Made by a program: the position numbers and the translations under genes. This document shows, piece by piece, positions 1 to 15,118 of a DNA stretch of 64,000 bases. The notes under the pieces are model-generated. The model had not been told where the DNA came from. It was given only the letters and a program-made list of their open reading frames with translations, and did no database searches. Where the stretch lies: NCBI GenBank assembly GCA_012295275.1, contig CM022676.1:17608001-17672000 (forward strand). Reading direction: 5' to 3'. Position 1 is the first letter of the stretch. Each line of letters begins with the position of its first letter. The DNA comes from Chrysomallon squamiferum (Eukaryota > Animalia > Mollusca).

Positions 1-553
1 ATCATAATATGTTAGATGGGGAAATTAGTTTAATACTGACATAAAGTTTGAAGAAAGGTGACAATTTAAGTGTACGTGTGTGCTGTATTTGTTTAACTGT
101 AATGTACTTTCTTTATTTAACAAGACGATCAGATTTTCATCATCTTTGGGTGTGGAGTGAATTCTTTATAGTACTCCTGAATAAATCTGTCATTATAAAA
201 CACTTGTAACGTTTTTATTATTCACACGTGCAAACAAACAACATAGTAAGTTTCGCTTCAGTAAACAAACAAAATATTATTTGAAAAAAATTCCAATTCG
301 TTGATGCGGTGACGTGGTAAATGAAGAAGAAAGAAAGCATTCCTTTGTTCGTCAGTGAAGTCTTGTCTCTATCTCCTCACAGTCGCCATATTGAAGACTT
401 TTTTCTTTTGTTTAGAGGTTAACTGAACAAACGTGGCAGACTTCACTTTGTCTCTTCAACCTTTTCCTTCGTGGAAAAACATATGTGTGTATGTATCTTC
501 CCCAGGAAACTAAAGTTCGAAATGACAAATACATATATATACATAGAATAGAA

Positions 554-585
<32 letters not shown>

Positions 586-874
586 GCTATGAAAGTAGCG
601 GCCACATCTGTTAAAATAAGTTTATTTTTGTAAGCTATGAAATAAGCTAACATAAAATTCAGTCCACTTCTCTGTAAATTTACTGACAAAGCTGTAGATA
701 AACAGAATGCGAATCAGCTGGACATTATCAACACATTTCATGTAATAATTAATATCAATTTAGTTATATTGACAGAAGATAATAATTTTACTCAATCAGA
801 CTTGTTTCACACAGACACACGTTTGCGCATGTATATGTAGGTGTATCTCAGAGAGAGAGAGAGAGAGAGAGAGA

Positions 875-1138
875 GATTAATCACAGTTATTAAAATAATC
901 AAATGTACTAAATTTACAATTATACTTCTGGTTTGCGTGTATTTGTGATATTGTATTACTTTTAATAAACGTGACACTTAAAACGTTTGCATCATTCCTG
1001 TCTTGTGTGCCGTCTCTCATTCACGCACACAAACAAACTGTATGTATTTAGATTATTCAACTAATGAAATATATGCTATAGTATACCGAATTAATTAGTT
1101 TAAAAACAATATTATTATTATTATTATTATTATTATCA

Positions 1139-1184
<46 letters not shown>

Positions 1185-1380
1185 TGTTATTATTATTATT
1201 ATTATGCTTACGTGACTAAAAGGTTATGTTATCTTTGCATCCTGTTTTTCATTGCTATTAATTAATTAGATATCTTATGAAGAGGATAGATAAGCGTCTG
1301 TATGTAACTATACACGTTAAAAAAGTTCTATTTTTGGTGTAGAAGTGTTTTATATTTCTCTTTTGTCCGACAAACCTGTA
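875..1380. repeat. Local duplication, second copy at ~3650-4130
   Basis: Shared blocks such as gtcttgtgtgc..ctctcattcacgca, cgtgactaaa and ttttggtgtagaagtg..cttttgtccga; single copy in duplicate C (~48690-49020). Confidence 0.8.
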
Positions 1381-2087
1381 AAGCGGGCTTCACTTTATGA
1401 CGATGAAAAAATTGTGACGGGTTTATTCAGAGAGGCTATTCTCATTTATAACTGAACCGTTAACGAAAGTCTAAGATTTCATTATGTCAATTTGATCTTT
1501 ACTTTTCTGTCGCGCATCCTACATAGCTCCACGCTTTCTTATATTCATGAAACAATGTGTGTGTGTGAAATTAAAAATTATAATAAAAGGTAACGCCATT
1601 GTAATATATATATATATATATAAAGTAATTTGAAAATGTATTAAAATATTTAGAAAACAATTGTGTCAGGTATATTTTTCAAGCTATTAACAGTGCTGAC
1701 ATAATACTGAGTCCCTGTTTTTGGTAAAACTATTGATAAATATTATCATCCTGAGAAGCTGTAGATATATGGATTTGCAAATATGACAAGTTTTCATATA
1801 CTTTTTAAGTGTTAGATTGGTAGATAAATTTAGTTGCATGACATAGAATAATAACAATTTCTCACTTAGATTTATTACACAGCTTGTGTTTATGTTAATT
1901 TATGTTATTTCCTATTACCTGTTTTGATAACAACACCCCCAGTCATCAGTGATATCTATTTGTCCGCTGACACCCGATAGGCGTTTAACTGTAGCATTTG
2001 TAGTAAAACATTCCACTTTGATGTTTAATATTTATAAACAGCCGCTCTGTTTAAAACGCATATCTCTCTGTCACAAGTGAGTCTACT

Positions 2088-2138
2088 GTGTATGTGTGTG
2101 TATGTGAGTGTGTCTGTGTGTGTGTATGTGTGTGTGTA

Positions 2139-2191
<53 letters not shown>

Positions 2192-2606
2192 CTGTGTGTG
2201 TGTCTGTGTGTGTATCTGTGTGTATGTGTGTGTATGTGTGCGTTTGTCTCTGTGTGTGTATTTGTGTATGTCTGTGTGTACGTATATGTGTGGATGTGTG
2301 TGTGTATGTGTGTGTATGTGTCTGTGTGTGTGTTTGTGTGTGTATGTGTGTGTCTGTGTGTGTATGTATGTGTGTGTGTCTGTGTGTGTATATATGTGTG
2401 TATGTGTTTGTGGCTGTATGTGAGGGTGGCTGTGTGTGTGTGTATGTGTGTGTGTGTGTGTGTGTGTTGTGTGTGTATGTATGTGTGTGTGTGTGTGTTA
2501 CTGTGTGTGTATGTGTGTGTGTGTGTGTGTATGTATGTGTCTGTGTGTATGTGTGTGTGTGTGTGTGTGTGTGTCTGTGTGTCTGTCTGTATGTATGTGT
2601 CTGTGT

Positions 2607-2661
<55 letters not shown>

Positions 2662-2828
2662 TGTGTATGCGTGTCTGTCTGTGTATTTGTGTGTGTGTGT
2701 GTGTATGTGTGTGTGTATGTGTGTGTGTATCTGTGTGTGTGTGTCTGTGTGTGTGTCTGTGTGTGTGTGTCTGTGGATGTGTGTATGTGTCTGTGTGTGT
2801 GTCTGTGTGTGTGACTGTGTGTGTGTGA
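2088..2828. repeat. Compound (TG)n microsatellite
   Basis: ~740 bp of TG with TA/TC interruptions. Confidence 0.97.
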
Positions 2829-3023
2829 TTAGTCAGTTACCCAGCGCGTTCAATCCACAGCGATCGTTCCACCTTTCTCACCTAATAAGAAAAACTCGGC
2901 AGATCGTTCTGCGAGACAAAAGTCCGTAACACCAAGCACTGCCGAGGTGACAGTTAATCCCGCAGTTCCTCGGCTTTTCATCATACAAGTGACAAGGCGG
3001 AAGATAAAATATATTTCGACTGT

Positions 3024-3264
<241 letters not shown>

Positions 3265-3381
3265 CTTCCTGTAACATATTTTGAAACTCATTTTCTTTGT
3301 TTTCCCCGACTGTTAGTTACATGGGTTGTGGTGTATATCAGACAGAATTTCATGTAACAAAAATAATTAAAATCTACGTAA

Positions 3382-3424
<43 letters not shown>

Positions 3425-3892
3425 ATTTAAAAACAGAGCGTACTGCAAACAGGACCGTTTCGCTACTGGAACCTGCCTCAGATCAACTTTACTTCAGTGG
3501 TGATTGTCACTGTCGCTAAATGACAACTAAAATTTCCCTAACAGTTTTGCATTTTTCTGCCCTGTTGATGCTTACATGATATTTTCTGTGTAAATCTTAA
3601 CAAAGCGAAATTTGTTGTAAAAAAAAAAAGAGAGAGAGAGATTATATTAGATTAATTACAGGTATTAAAATAATAAAAAGGTGATACTTAACAGATTTGC
3701 GTCATGCCTGTCTTGTGTGCACGCTCTCATTCACGCATAGAAACAAACTGTCTATATTTAGATTATTCAACTCATGAAATATGTACTATACTGAATTAAT
3801 CTATATCTGTGTTTGTGTATGTGTGAGTGTGTATGTGTGTGTGTTAACAATAAGAAACAAAGGTATGTAATATTTAGAGGGAAAAATTATTA

Positions 3893-3955
<63 letters not shown>

Positions 3956-5313
3956 GTGTACGTGACTAAAAGCTTATGTTATTTGTATATCCTGTTTTTC
4001 ATTGCTATTGATTATTTATTTATCTGATAACAAAGGATAGATAATAGTCTGTATGTAACTATACAATTTTGAACAATATCTATTTTGGTGTAGAAGTGTA
4101 TTATCTTTCTCTTTTGTCCGAAAAACCTGTTCGCTGTCGATCTGGTGCATTTTACCTGGAACAAGCAACCATTATACTACTTTACCTATATCCTCACTGA
4201 ATCAGTTTGATACTTGTCTGGTGGACTAACAGGCATTTACCAATTAAACATGGCTGGCAAATCAAAGAACAGATTCACACCAGAATTTCATAGACAGGAA
4301 CTATAAACATTAGCGCATGATGTTAGGGAAATGAGTTTTACGTGGTGGTAGAATGCACAGGGTTAATAAGAGGCAGTGTTTTATTTTTTTATTTTTTTTT
4401 ATTCATTTTTATTTTTTTCTTGAACTTACAGATTATTTCTCTAATGTGTCTGAAGCCGTAATTGTCTTTGTTGTTGTTTTTGTGTCGTTGCTATTAGTGA
4501 TCGTTCTGTTATAATTATTATTTTTTTATTGATTACTTTTATTATAATAGTAATTATTGTTGTTGTTGTTGTTGTTGTCGTCGTTGTTGTTGTTCTTCTT
4601 ATTATTATTACTGTGTGACGCATTGTATAAAATGTTCTGCTCACAGATATGAAGATGTTCTTTGACCCCTCTATCATTAAAACGTTTCGTTCAAAAACAT
4701 CTCGATACGAACGAGTGAACTGAAAGATTATGAAAAACAGCGAAGCGATAACTTGTATTATTCATACTGTGAATGTGAAAAAATTAACGTGCTAATCAGA
4801 GCAAGCTGTTGTGAAGCACGTCTATGATAGCTTGTATTATCTTGTAGGATGTTTGTATAGTCATGATTTTCAGATAGTCTGGTTCGACAAAACATGCATT
4901 CAAGATATCGATAAAGGGTGTAAATCTATAGTATTAAGATAATGAAAGAAAAGTTGTCTATTGTTTCCAAGGGCTCTCTTTAGTTTTACATATGTTGTGT
5001 TAATGTGTGAAACACGATATGTATTCTATAAATTCTGTAAATTCATTTTAACACACACACACAACACAGATCACCTTAGAGAATTTCAAACTCTGGTCTT
5101 GCTTTGATAAGCGTTTCGCGGCGACATCTGGTAAGAGACTTGTCTAACCTTTGCTTTTTATTTTTTTTAACGGTATAATATTTACTATATATATACATAT
5201 ATATATATACATACACACACAAGCACACTTAAACATACAATTATACATGTTCCTTCTTTTTGTATATAAGTGTTATGTTTTCGTGAATTGGTTTATTTGT
5301 ATTTACCAAAAAT

Positions 5314-5435
<122 letters not shown>

Positions 5436-5696
5436 CTCTCTCTCTGTACGTTAATGTATTTGTGTGTGTAGATGTGTATGTATGCGTATTCGCGTGTATA
5501 TGTGTGTACGTGTTTGTGTATGTGTATGTGTGTATGTGGGTGTATGTGTGTGTATGTGTGTATGTGTGTATATGTGTGTATGTGTCTGTGTATATGTGTG
5601 TGAATGTGTGGGTGTATGTATGTATGTATATAGATATGATTAAGATAGAGCGAATACTGCTCTGATTGTCTGTGTATGTTTTATATATATATATAT

Positions 5697-5763
<67 letters not shown>

Positions 5764-6608
5764 TAGAAACAGAGAATAAATGTCAGCACGCGGTTACCTA
5801 ATTACTTGTAAATTGCAGTCATCGTTTAAGAAGTAATCGCACTGGAAACATTGTGTGCCGCTTTTCACAATGCTAATTACTATATAAATTGTTATTTATT
5901 CTGGAATTTACACCCCGTAGACAGAATCCGGATTTGTCAATGTTTTCTTCATAACAGTTTAACGGTAGCTGGTCGGGAATCTGAAATGGTGCCGGTGTAG
6001 CAGTTGATTAGAGACCCTGGAAATCGCACATCGCTGTTACTCCCATCTTCTGACTCACCACTGGTGTCGACTTTGTAGGACAACGAATCTCAGTCAGAAA
6101 CGTTTATATACAAACAGTTTCTCACTACTACAACAGGTGTTTTCAGTACTTTAATTAATTATTGTTTATGAAGGAAGTTGGTCTGTAAATAATCTCAAAT
6201 CAGACTGTCGCTGTTTTTATTTTTTGGTTGTGTATCACAAGTATGGGACTAGAGGTGTTTGTAGCTGCAGCTAAAAAGAAAAATAGAAAAATCTCAAATT
6301 TTAAGGTTGCGGCGGGATGACATACTGTTCTTGTTGCAGTTTAACAGACACACTCCACTTGAAACCGTTCTTACACTCAAATAGAATTAATTTTGTGAAA
6401 AAAACCCCAGATTGACCCATTTCTAAGGTGCAAATATTTATTGTTCATATCAAAATCACATGTGGAAGGAATGTTTATAGTGAGATGCAATTAAAAACAC
6501 CATCACTTCTGCTGTGTGTGGTATATTAGCAGGGTTTGTCATTTACAGGGTTTGTCATTTCTATACACAAATCATGGTTAGTCAAATGTTCTTTTTCGGC
6601 GAGTTCAC

Positions 6609-6669
<61 letters not shown>

Positions 6670-7565
6670 TGAAACAATTTAAAACAGTGTATTTATTTAT
6701 TGTTTATTTTTTTAAATTAACTAATGATCAGTGTTGGTGAAACCTAAGGCAAGCTAATATATGTGTGTGTGTGTGTGTGTATGTATTATTTATGTATGTA
6801 TGTATGTATGTATGTATGTTATTTTTTTTGTGTGTATACACACGCACGTATAAACATGCTTATACATATACTATTAGTCAATGTTTGCAGAAAAGAAACA
6901 AATAAATAAATAAATAAAAAAGTAAATAATAATACCTGATACACTTATTTCTATATCTTTGTAATTCATCTGTTTACATTTTAAACACAAATTAAATATA
7001 AAAATAAACGAAGTGAAAATTCATAATAAAAATACAAATTTATTTATCTGTTTTTCGTTTATTTATATCTCGTACAAATAAACAAAGAGTTGCTAGTCTT
7101 AGTAAAAGAAAATGGACAAATATATCAAGTAACAGTTCTTATTTCAATGTCTAACAACCAGGAAATACATACATAATGTCTCCAGATATTATGTTTCATA
7201 TACAAAAAGCAAAATGCATAAATAAATAAATATATAAATAAATAAATAAATAAATAAATAAGCAATAACAGTAATAACAATAATCAAGAAATGAGATGTT
7301 TATATACATCATGCACGTGTTTGACAAATCAGTTCATTAGAAATCAAAAAATTCAACTCAAGTGTGTATGACGTCATCACTGCTGTCTGACGTCATCAGA
7401 AATACACATCGTAAACAAACATAAATAAATAAACAAACAAATAAATAAATACATAAATAAATAAATAAATAAATAAATAAACAAACAAATAAATAAACAA
7501 ATAAATAAATAAAAATGTGATCCCAGTGATGACTAAAAGTGACAGTGTTTGAACGATGTTGTTTT

Positions 7566-8782
7566 TTACACTAAAAATAACAAAGCACGTATTTGTCCCA
7601 AGTACACATTTGTACGAAGTTGTCTGTCACTGTGTTTAGATTTGTGTGACTCAGAAAATCTACAAACAAAAGAGTCTACAACAATTTCTAATTTACCTCC
7701 AAATCCACACATTGAGACTCCTTCTCCCTTAACATTAACAAACAAGCTGTACTCATTGTCTTTAGTAATCTTCAATGGACGACTGAACACGACGTCATAC
7801 ATGTCAGACACGTGTTCATATCTCTGTGTCAGCGTAGACCTGTCCAGTATTTCGTCTGTTCTTGTGTCAGTGACGAAGGCGCTGACGTTGTAGTTTCGTG
7901 GTTGGTTGTAACCGTACAACTGAAATCCGCGAAGTAAAGCATTTTTGTTGACAGAGAAAGTAATGGAGTCATCTTCTTCACCAAAATATGGCAAGTAACC
8001 AGCACATGTTCTACCAAACCTCTTTATTTTAATCTGTGTTTTACGAATCACTCCAGTTCTCATGTTTGAGTTGAAAGGTGAAACATCTTCATCACTGCTC
8101 ACCAAGTTTTTTAAAATCTTGCACTCTTCTGTCTCAGTGAGTATGTGAGTTGGTGTCACGTGTTTTACAAAATACGTCTGATCGAGTAATGGATAACGCA
8201 CGTGCTTCACGACCTCTCCCAGTGCTTCGCGCATGTTTTTTTCATTCGTCTGTCTTCCTTGCTTCCTGCACGCGCTGTCAGCCCACTTCACAGCGGCTTC
8301 AAAAACATTTTTCTCGTCTGCTGTCAGTTCGTCTGATCGTACGATCTCAACCAGACATTCGTGACAAAGATCGGTGACTTCATCCGACTTCAAAACTTCG
8401 TCGCCATTTTCCAAAATGTAGTCCAGAGTTTTTTTCCTTAGATCAAGTTCATCAAACAGGTGAGCTTGTTCCAGCACGACGCACGCATTCTGTGACGACA
8501 ACGACGACTCCAAATAGTTGACGCACTGTTCTTCCAGTGTCGTGACGAAGTACTTCCTCGATAGATACAGCAGACCGGTGACGTTGTCGCCTGTTAGGAC
8601 GACGTCATCCGTGTAAAGATATCTGTGTAAAAAAAGTAGAGTAAGACTTTAAAATGTGAGATAACTATGTGAGATTAATTAATTAGAAAATAATTAGACT
8701 ACTAACAAAAACTGTATTGTTATCAACGTTTCTGTCTGTCTGTATGTCTCTCTTCCTCACTGTGTTCGTACGTGTGTTTCCA

Positions 8783-8826
<44 letters not shown>

Positions 8827-8835
8827 TATCTGTGT

Positions 8836-8874
<39 letters not shown>

Positions 8875-9138
8875 AACATACTTTAAAAACTCTGAGAAGA
8901 TTTCTGCCTTCACATCCGGTATTTTGATATTTGACTTTTCGCGAAGTTCTCCAGTCAACATCTGACTGAAAACTTCGCTTCGAATGATCAGAATTAACTG
9001 ATGCGCATCGACAGCAGTTTCATCTTCCCCAACTAAAAATGTGACGTCTGTGTCAGTTCTTGTAAGAAAAACGTGTTCAAGGCATTCTATCAGATTCTTC
9101 CCTGTCTGCCAACCTGAGACTGAAGTTGAGGTGGCCAT
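7566..9138 (-). CDS. BTB-BACK-PHR protein (BTBD1/2/3/6-like Cullin-3 adaptor), copy A, 437 aa
   Basis: Coding exons 9138-8882 (MATSTS..WQTGKNLIECLEHVF..TDVTFLVG..AHQLILIIRSEVFSQML..IPDVKAEIFSEFLK, donor gtatgt) and 8622-7566 (acceptor cag; YLYTDDV..KY..NAC..EKNVFEAAVKWA..VRYPLL..RF..DSITFSV..GFQLYG..GQIRALLF). Phase-2 intron; 1314 nt in frame. Confidence 0.95.
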
Positions 9139-9172
9139 GTTTTCACTAGAAACAGAGGATAATAACAATAAT

Positions 9173-9285
<113 letters not shown>

Positions 9286-10301
9286 TAATAATAATAATAA
9301 TAATAATAATAACGTCATACTAAATATAATTTACAAATATTTCCGTGTACATATGACCTGTACATGGACATATTCCAAAACCGAAACAAACACTTTTTAT
9401 ATAAAAAATTAATCAAAATAATTTCTAAAAACCGACTACTTTCTGTTTAACGCCTCTACTACTGAACACTGAGATCAGAGATCTAAAAATAAATAAATAA
9501 ATAAATAAATAAAAGATAAGGAAAGAAAGAAAAACATCGGATAGATAAAGGATAAAAAAGAAATACCTTGTGGTTATGGTAATGATTACTATGATGATGA
9601 CGAAGACACAAAGAATTATTATTATTATCATTATTATTATAAACAGAGGTGAGTGGTCAGTCAGGTAAGAAATATTTCACTGTGGTAGAAACGATTTTCA
9701 TATCGCAATGTACTTGTGGTTATTTATAACAATTTACTTCTCGAAAAGTCAGCAAAATAATCCGTCAGTAACAGATCTAAAAAGAAACACTAAAGAACAA
9801 GAAATATTAATAAAGAAAAAATAATAATAATAAAGAAACAAACCAGGATGCGATATTTTTGAAATAGAAAACAATTTAAAATACCTTCTAATTTAAACTT
9901 GCTGATGGACAATTTATTTAAGCGACTATTTTCTCTCTGTCGACTCAACTGCTGTAGATCACCCCTATCACAGATCTAAGAATAAATGAATACAAATTAA
10001 AATAAAATCAAACGAAATGAAATAAAGTAAGCAATAAATAGCAAAATATATCAATAAGAAATAATGGCTCTACTAGGGTAGTAACAGAAATAGTAGTACT
10101 AGTATTAAATATATTACTACTACTGCTACTACTAGTAATACATTAAGAACACTGGAATAGTTAAAACATAATAAAATAAAAATATCATAGACTTTCAATA
10201 TGGCCGACTTGTTTTATTTCTGCTTTGTGTACTTTTGGTTCTTAAAATCCTCCACTGATAAACACGCGAGTGACGTCAAATATTTTACACGTCATCAAGT
10301 G

Positions 10302-10518
10302 CAGTGGCGTGCAGAGGTGAGGGCCGAAGGGGCTCTGGCACCGGGCATCCAGATTTATATTTAAATCGAATAAAGTGTTTATGTTTCATCTGTGTTTACG
10401 TATTCAAAATATCTTCCTTTCTCATACTATTCCTCAGTGCTAGGCCTTGTACTTGAATCTTTGGCAATTACAATCAAAGAGTTGGCCCCGGGCTTCACCA
10501 GACCTCCACACGACACTG
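10302..10518. mobile_element. 217-bp hAT-type MITE
   Basis: Imperfect TIRs CAGTGGCGTGCAGAGG / CCTCCACACGACACTG; 8-bp TSD atcaagtg (10294-10301) / atcaggtg (10519-10526); empty site atcaagtg at 43172-43179 in the paralogous block. Confidence 0.9.
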
Positions 10519-10685
10519 ATCAGGTGTCACGTTGTTAGGTTTCAATGTCAGAATAAAATAAAGAAATCGTCCTACGAGATATATGTATACTCATCTTACA
10601 TAAATGTTCTTTAAAACTGATTACAACAATTGAACAGATTAAGTACTACTAGATTGCATTGTTTATAGGTAAGTTATGAAATCTG

Positions 10686-10764
<79 letters not shown>

Positions 10765-11559
10765 TAAACAAGAGCAAAAACAATAAGAAGAAGAAATAAA
10801 TTTTACAGTGCACTAAATATACGTGTACCTATTTTATTTCTCTGACGATGCTTACATGACCAGTATATCAAGTTAAGCTAACACGTGACGTTTGTTTGTA
10901 ATGTAGCTAAGATAAAAATAGGGTGCCACAGCTTTATGAGAATCACAAAGATAAACTCGGGTGTTATTTACAACGATCTGACAAATTCATTGTTAAAAAC
11001 TCTCTGCCCATAAGTGTAGAAATAAACCCTTGAAAATATGAAAATATTTACATTTGTCATTATTTCAAGGAAGAAGATATAGACAACCCAATTATTTCCA
11101 ATAAACAGAACAAACTAACAAACTCGTAAATAGAAAATAATACTATTATATGAGAAAATATTTTCACATATTCTATTGGCACGTACCATACCTTTAAAAA
11201 GCCTCACGCTGTAATACTGTTTATTATATGTATATCAATAGCAGTATATCAATAATAAAACTAGTAATAGTAATAATAATAATAAATTAAATTAAATTAA
11301 ATTAAATTAAATTAAATTACATTAAATTAAATTAAAATAACACAATATAAAATACATTGTAGTTTCAAAACAGATACTTACCTGAACAAATTTCTGATCG
11401 ATAATTTCTTAGAAAGGAGTACTTTCTTTTTAACTCTACTATTTATCACAGAGATCAGGGATCTATAAATAAATAAATAAATAAATAAACAAAATGATAT
11501 AAAGTTAAATGAAGTAATCAGATATAGCATAAACTATAAACGATACATTGAACTCTACA

Positions 11560-11900
11560 GATACCTGACCAATTATCCGGCGTCCTGAAATCCCGAAAGA
11601 CCAGAAGACCGGAACTTTTCCCGACGCAATTTTCATACTTGGCGCGCGCGGGTTTTGTCCTCACGAGACCGGAACTACTCTTTCAAGCCGCGTGTTGTTC
11701 ATTCACTCGCCGCATTGTTAACGTGTCGAGTCGCCACAGTTGTGTGTCGTCAATTTTCTTTATTTCTTTTTCTTTTTTTAAATAAAATGTTTATGCCTAA
11801 ATATATACGAACTTAGATGCCTTGGCACGAGAAAACCGGAAGATCCAGAAATTCAGAAAGCCTCAGGTCCCAAGGAGTCCCGGTAATTGATCCGGTACCT
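11560..11900 (-). promoter_or_regulatory. Putative promoter / first non-coding exon of BTB copy A
   Basis: CpG-rich patch with several CCGGAA (ETS-type) sites; donor CAG/gtatct at ~11565; downstream 81-nt GT-AG non-coding exon 11462-11382; block conserved at 60600-60940. Confidence 0.5.
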
Positions 11901-12749
11901 GTATTTAGGTGATACTATTACAACTACTGCTAGTACTACTACTAATACAATAATAATTATTATTATAATCACGATACCATTGTTATTTTTATTTGTTCTT
12001 AGTATTTTTATTTGTTCTTAGTTTTTTTTTATTTATTGTTGTTGTTGTTGGTGTTGTTATTATTAAATATTCTTCGATATTTATCATAAACCAGTGTGTT
12101 AGGTATAAAAAATCGAAAACAAATAAAATCGTTAAAGACAATTCACACAAAAAATGTATAGCTTTGACAAAATAGATTACTAATTCAATATGTCTGGTCT
12201 GATTTAAGTAAAAGTACTAATAGTACAGCATATATTAAATTACAATAAAATACAAAATACCTTCAAATTTCAAAATGGCTGCCTGCCTAAGAAAGTACGT
12301 CCTTGCTTGGTGAGTGTTTTCCTGGAACTGACAACGTCCTGTTTGACAAGTCACTGAAATATCTTCTGTTTATCGCTGTTTACAATGTCGTTTGCTCATA
12401 AACACGTGACCGAAATCGATGTCGTACTCGTTACGCCACCTTTAGCGATCAATACATTGTTATATTTTATTACATACAGCGTATGCCGTGTAATGTAAAG
12501 TCTGTTTCAAACCTGTTACTATATATATTTGTCATTACTTATTTTGTCTGTAAAATATTTATCTTTATTTCTCACAGTATATTCATGAACAAGTGTCTGT
12601 TATATAGGTCAGACAAAAATAGTGCGCTAATACTACTGATGAGAAGAAACGTTAAACCTGAATCAGAAAATATCGGACACGGTTTTATTTGTACATATTA
12701 TGAGTCAAAGCGACCTAAGCAATGTGACAACCACCACGTTTATTATTGC

Positions 12750-12797
<48 letters not shown>

Positions 12798-13102
12798 ATA
12801 ACAATAATAATAAAATAATAATAATAATAATTAATATTATTATTGTAATGATGATAATAATGATAATAATAAGAAATAAATAAATATGTAAATAAAGAAA
12901 TAAATAAAAACATACTCATCATTATAGTAATAAGTTTCATTTTTAATTTATTTATTTATTTACTTATTTATTTATTTGTATTTATACGTCACGTGTTTTC
13001 AGATATCTGTTGACACGACATTTGTTGTTTACCTGTAAGAAAATCTTTGATAACAGAAAAACCCGGAACATGTTTATTATATCAGCTGTAAGGAACATTT
13101 TC

Positions 13103-13138
<36 letters not shown>

Positions 13139-13544
13139 TGAAAAAAATATATGGAAGAAAGAAAGAAAGAAGAAAAGGCAAGTCCATCCTATTACAATTT
13201 TTTTTTTAAATTAATAGCATCAAGTTGTTATTTTTTGAAGTTCTTAATTTCAATAATTTATTTTTGTATTGTTAAAATCAATAAAGAAACACACAAGAAA
13301 CAAATTAATAAATAAATAAATATAAGCCAAAAAACTAAAATAGAATAAACAAATGCAGATAAATATTAACAGAATATAATCATCCATACTCACGTACAAA
13401 TACTGATATATTTACATATAAATATACAGGCACACTTATTATTTCGTATTTAGTTATTATTATTGATTTCGTTAATAAATTAAAAACAAGAAGAAACCTT
13501 TAACATTTAAAAAATGAGATAGAGAGAAAGAAAGACAGAAACAC

Positions 13545-13633
<89 letters not shown>

Positions 13634-13732
13634 AAGAGTAGTGATTAATATCTTTCTGTACCCTTTTCCATCCTTTTTATTTTGTTCTTTTAACCAACAA
13701 TATGAATGTATGTATTTGTTTATGTATGTATG

Positions 13733-13783
<51 letters not shown>

Positions 13784-14452
13784 TATTGTTAGAATTATCA
13801 TTATTATTACTATCACCATCATCGTCTTCATAATCTTTATTTTATTTTATTTCTTTTTTCTTTTTTTTATCGTTTTAAATTTTTATTCAGACAATGAACA
13901 AACAAAAAATAAAAATGAGCGTGAAGACGAACATATGTGGTGATAATAACAGTAAAAAAAAAAAAAAAGTTTTGTTTTAAATATTTAACGTCTAAGATAA
14001 CATTTATATGCGCCACGCACGTTCTCTGACACTTTCCAGTCTGCTGGTTCGGTTCCAGTCAGAAATGGCGTCGTCTCGTCTCTTCCGTTTTCTTTGTGTC
14101 GTCGTTCTTTCAGTTGTGATTGACGGCGAACAAGACCTAACGCGTCAAGAGAAGCAGATAGGTGATGACGTTGTGACTGCAGTCGTAGATCAGATCAGAG
14201 ACAACTGCATCTTCTCTCAGGACAGACGTTTCTTGCAGCGACTGGTTCTAGTTGAGTCCGATAATGGGGGAGATACAAAAACATACAGAAAAGGGTTTTA
14301 CGGAGGAATTTGGCAGGTGAAACTTTATTTATTTATTTATTTATTTATGTATTTATTTATTAGTGAATTTTATAGAATACGATATAACTTTGTGAAAACA
14401 TATATACAAATATAAGAAGAAATATACATAATGAAAGAAAAGGAAAATAAAG

Positions 14453-14501
<49 letters not shown>

Positions 14502-15001
14502 CAATATAGTATCGATTATTTATTCTTATTTAATAAAAAAAATCAATTATTAAATATTTTTTGAGGTTGATGAATCAAAATTCAATGAAACTAATCACTG
14601 CCCGCCACCTGTTAGTGTGACGTGTGACAGAATTATGACGTCACTCAACATAACATGGCAGCAGGTGAAGTGGAGTGATCTACTAAAACCGTTGTATTCT
14701 GGACTGAAGAGTGGGATCAGCATTCCCGGTGACGTCACAAGCCAAGCGTTGCCGTGGAAACGTATCTACAGCCCGAATGAGTCTGTCGATGTGTTTACAC
14801 GAAAAGCCGATGTCAATGGTTGGTCTTTCTTTCCACATCTTTTATTTTAGTAAATAAATAAGTAAGTTAGTAAGTAGATAAAACCTGTGACGCTTAAGCT
14901 TTAATATTAAAACCCAGTCGTCCATTTAAAACGTTTATATCAAGTGAATATTAAAAACACGTTTCACACTGTCTGAGAAATGAGTCGCTTTATTGGCTGC
15001 C

Positions 15002-15118
<117 letters not shown>

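Noticed and set aside
7549-8377. Plus-strand and alternative-frame ORFs over the BTB genes (also 40250, 51947, 52446)
   Set aside because: Shadows of the real CDS; they recur only because the genes are duplicated.
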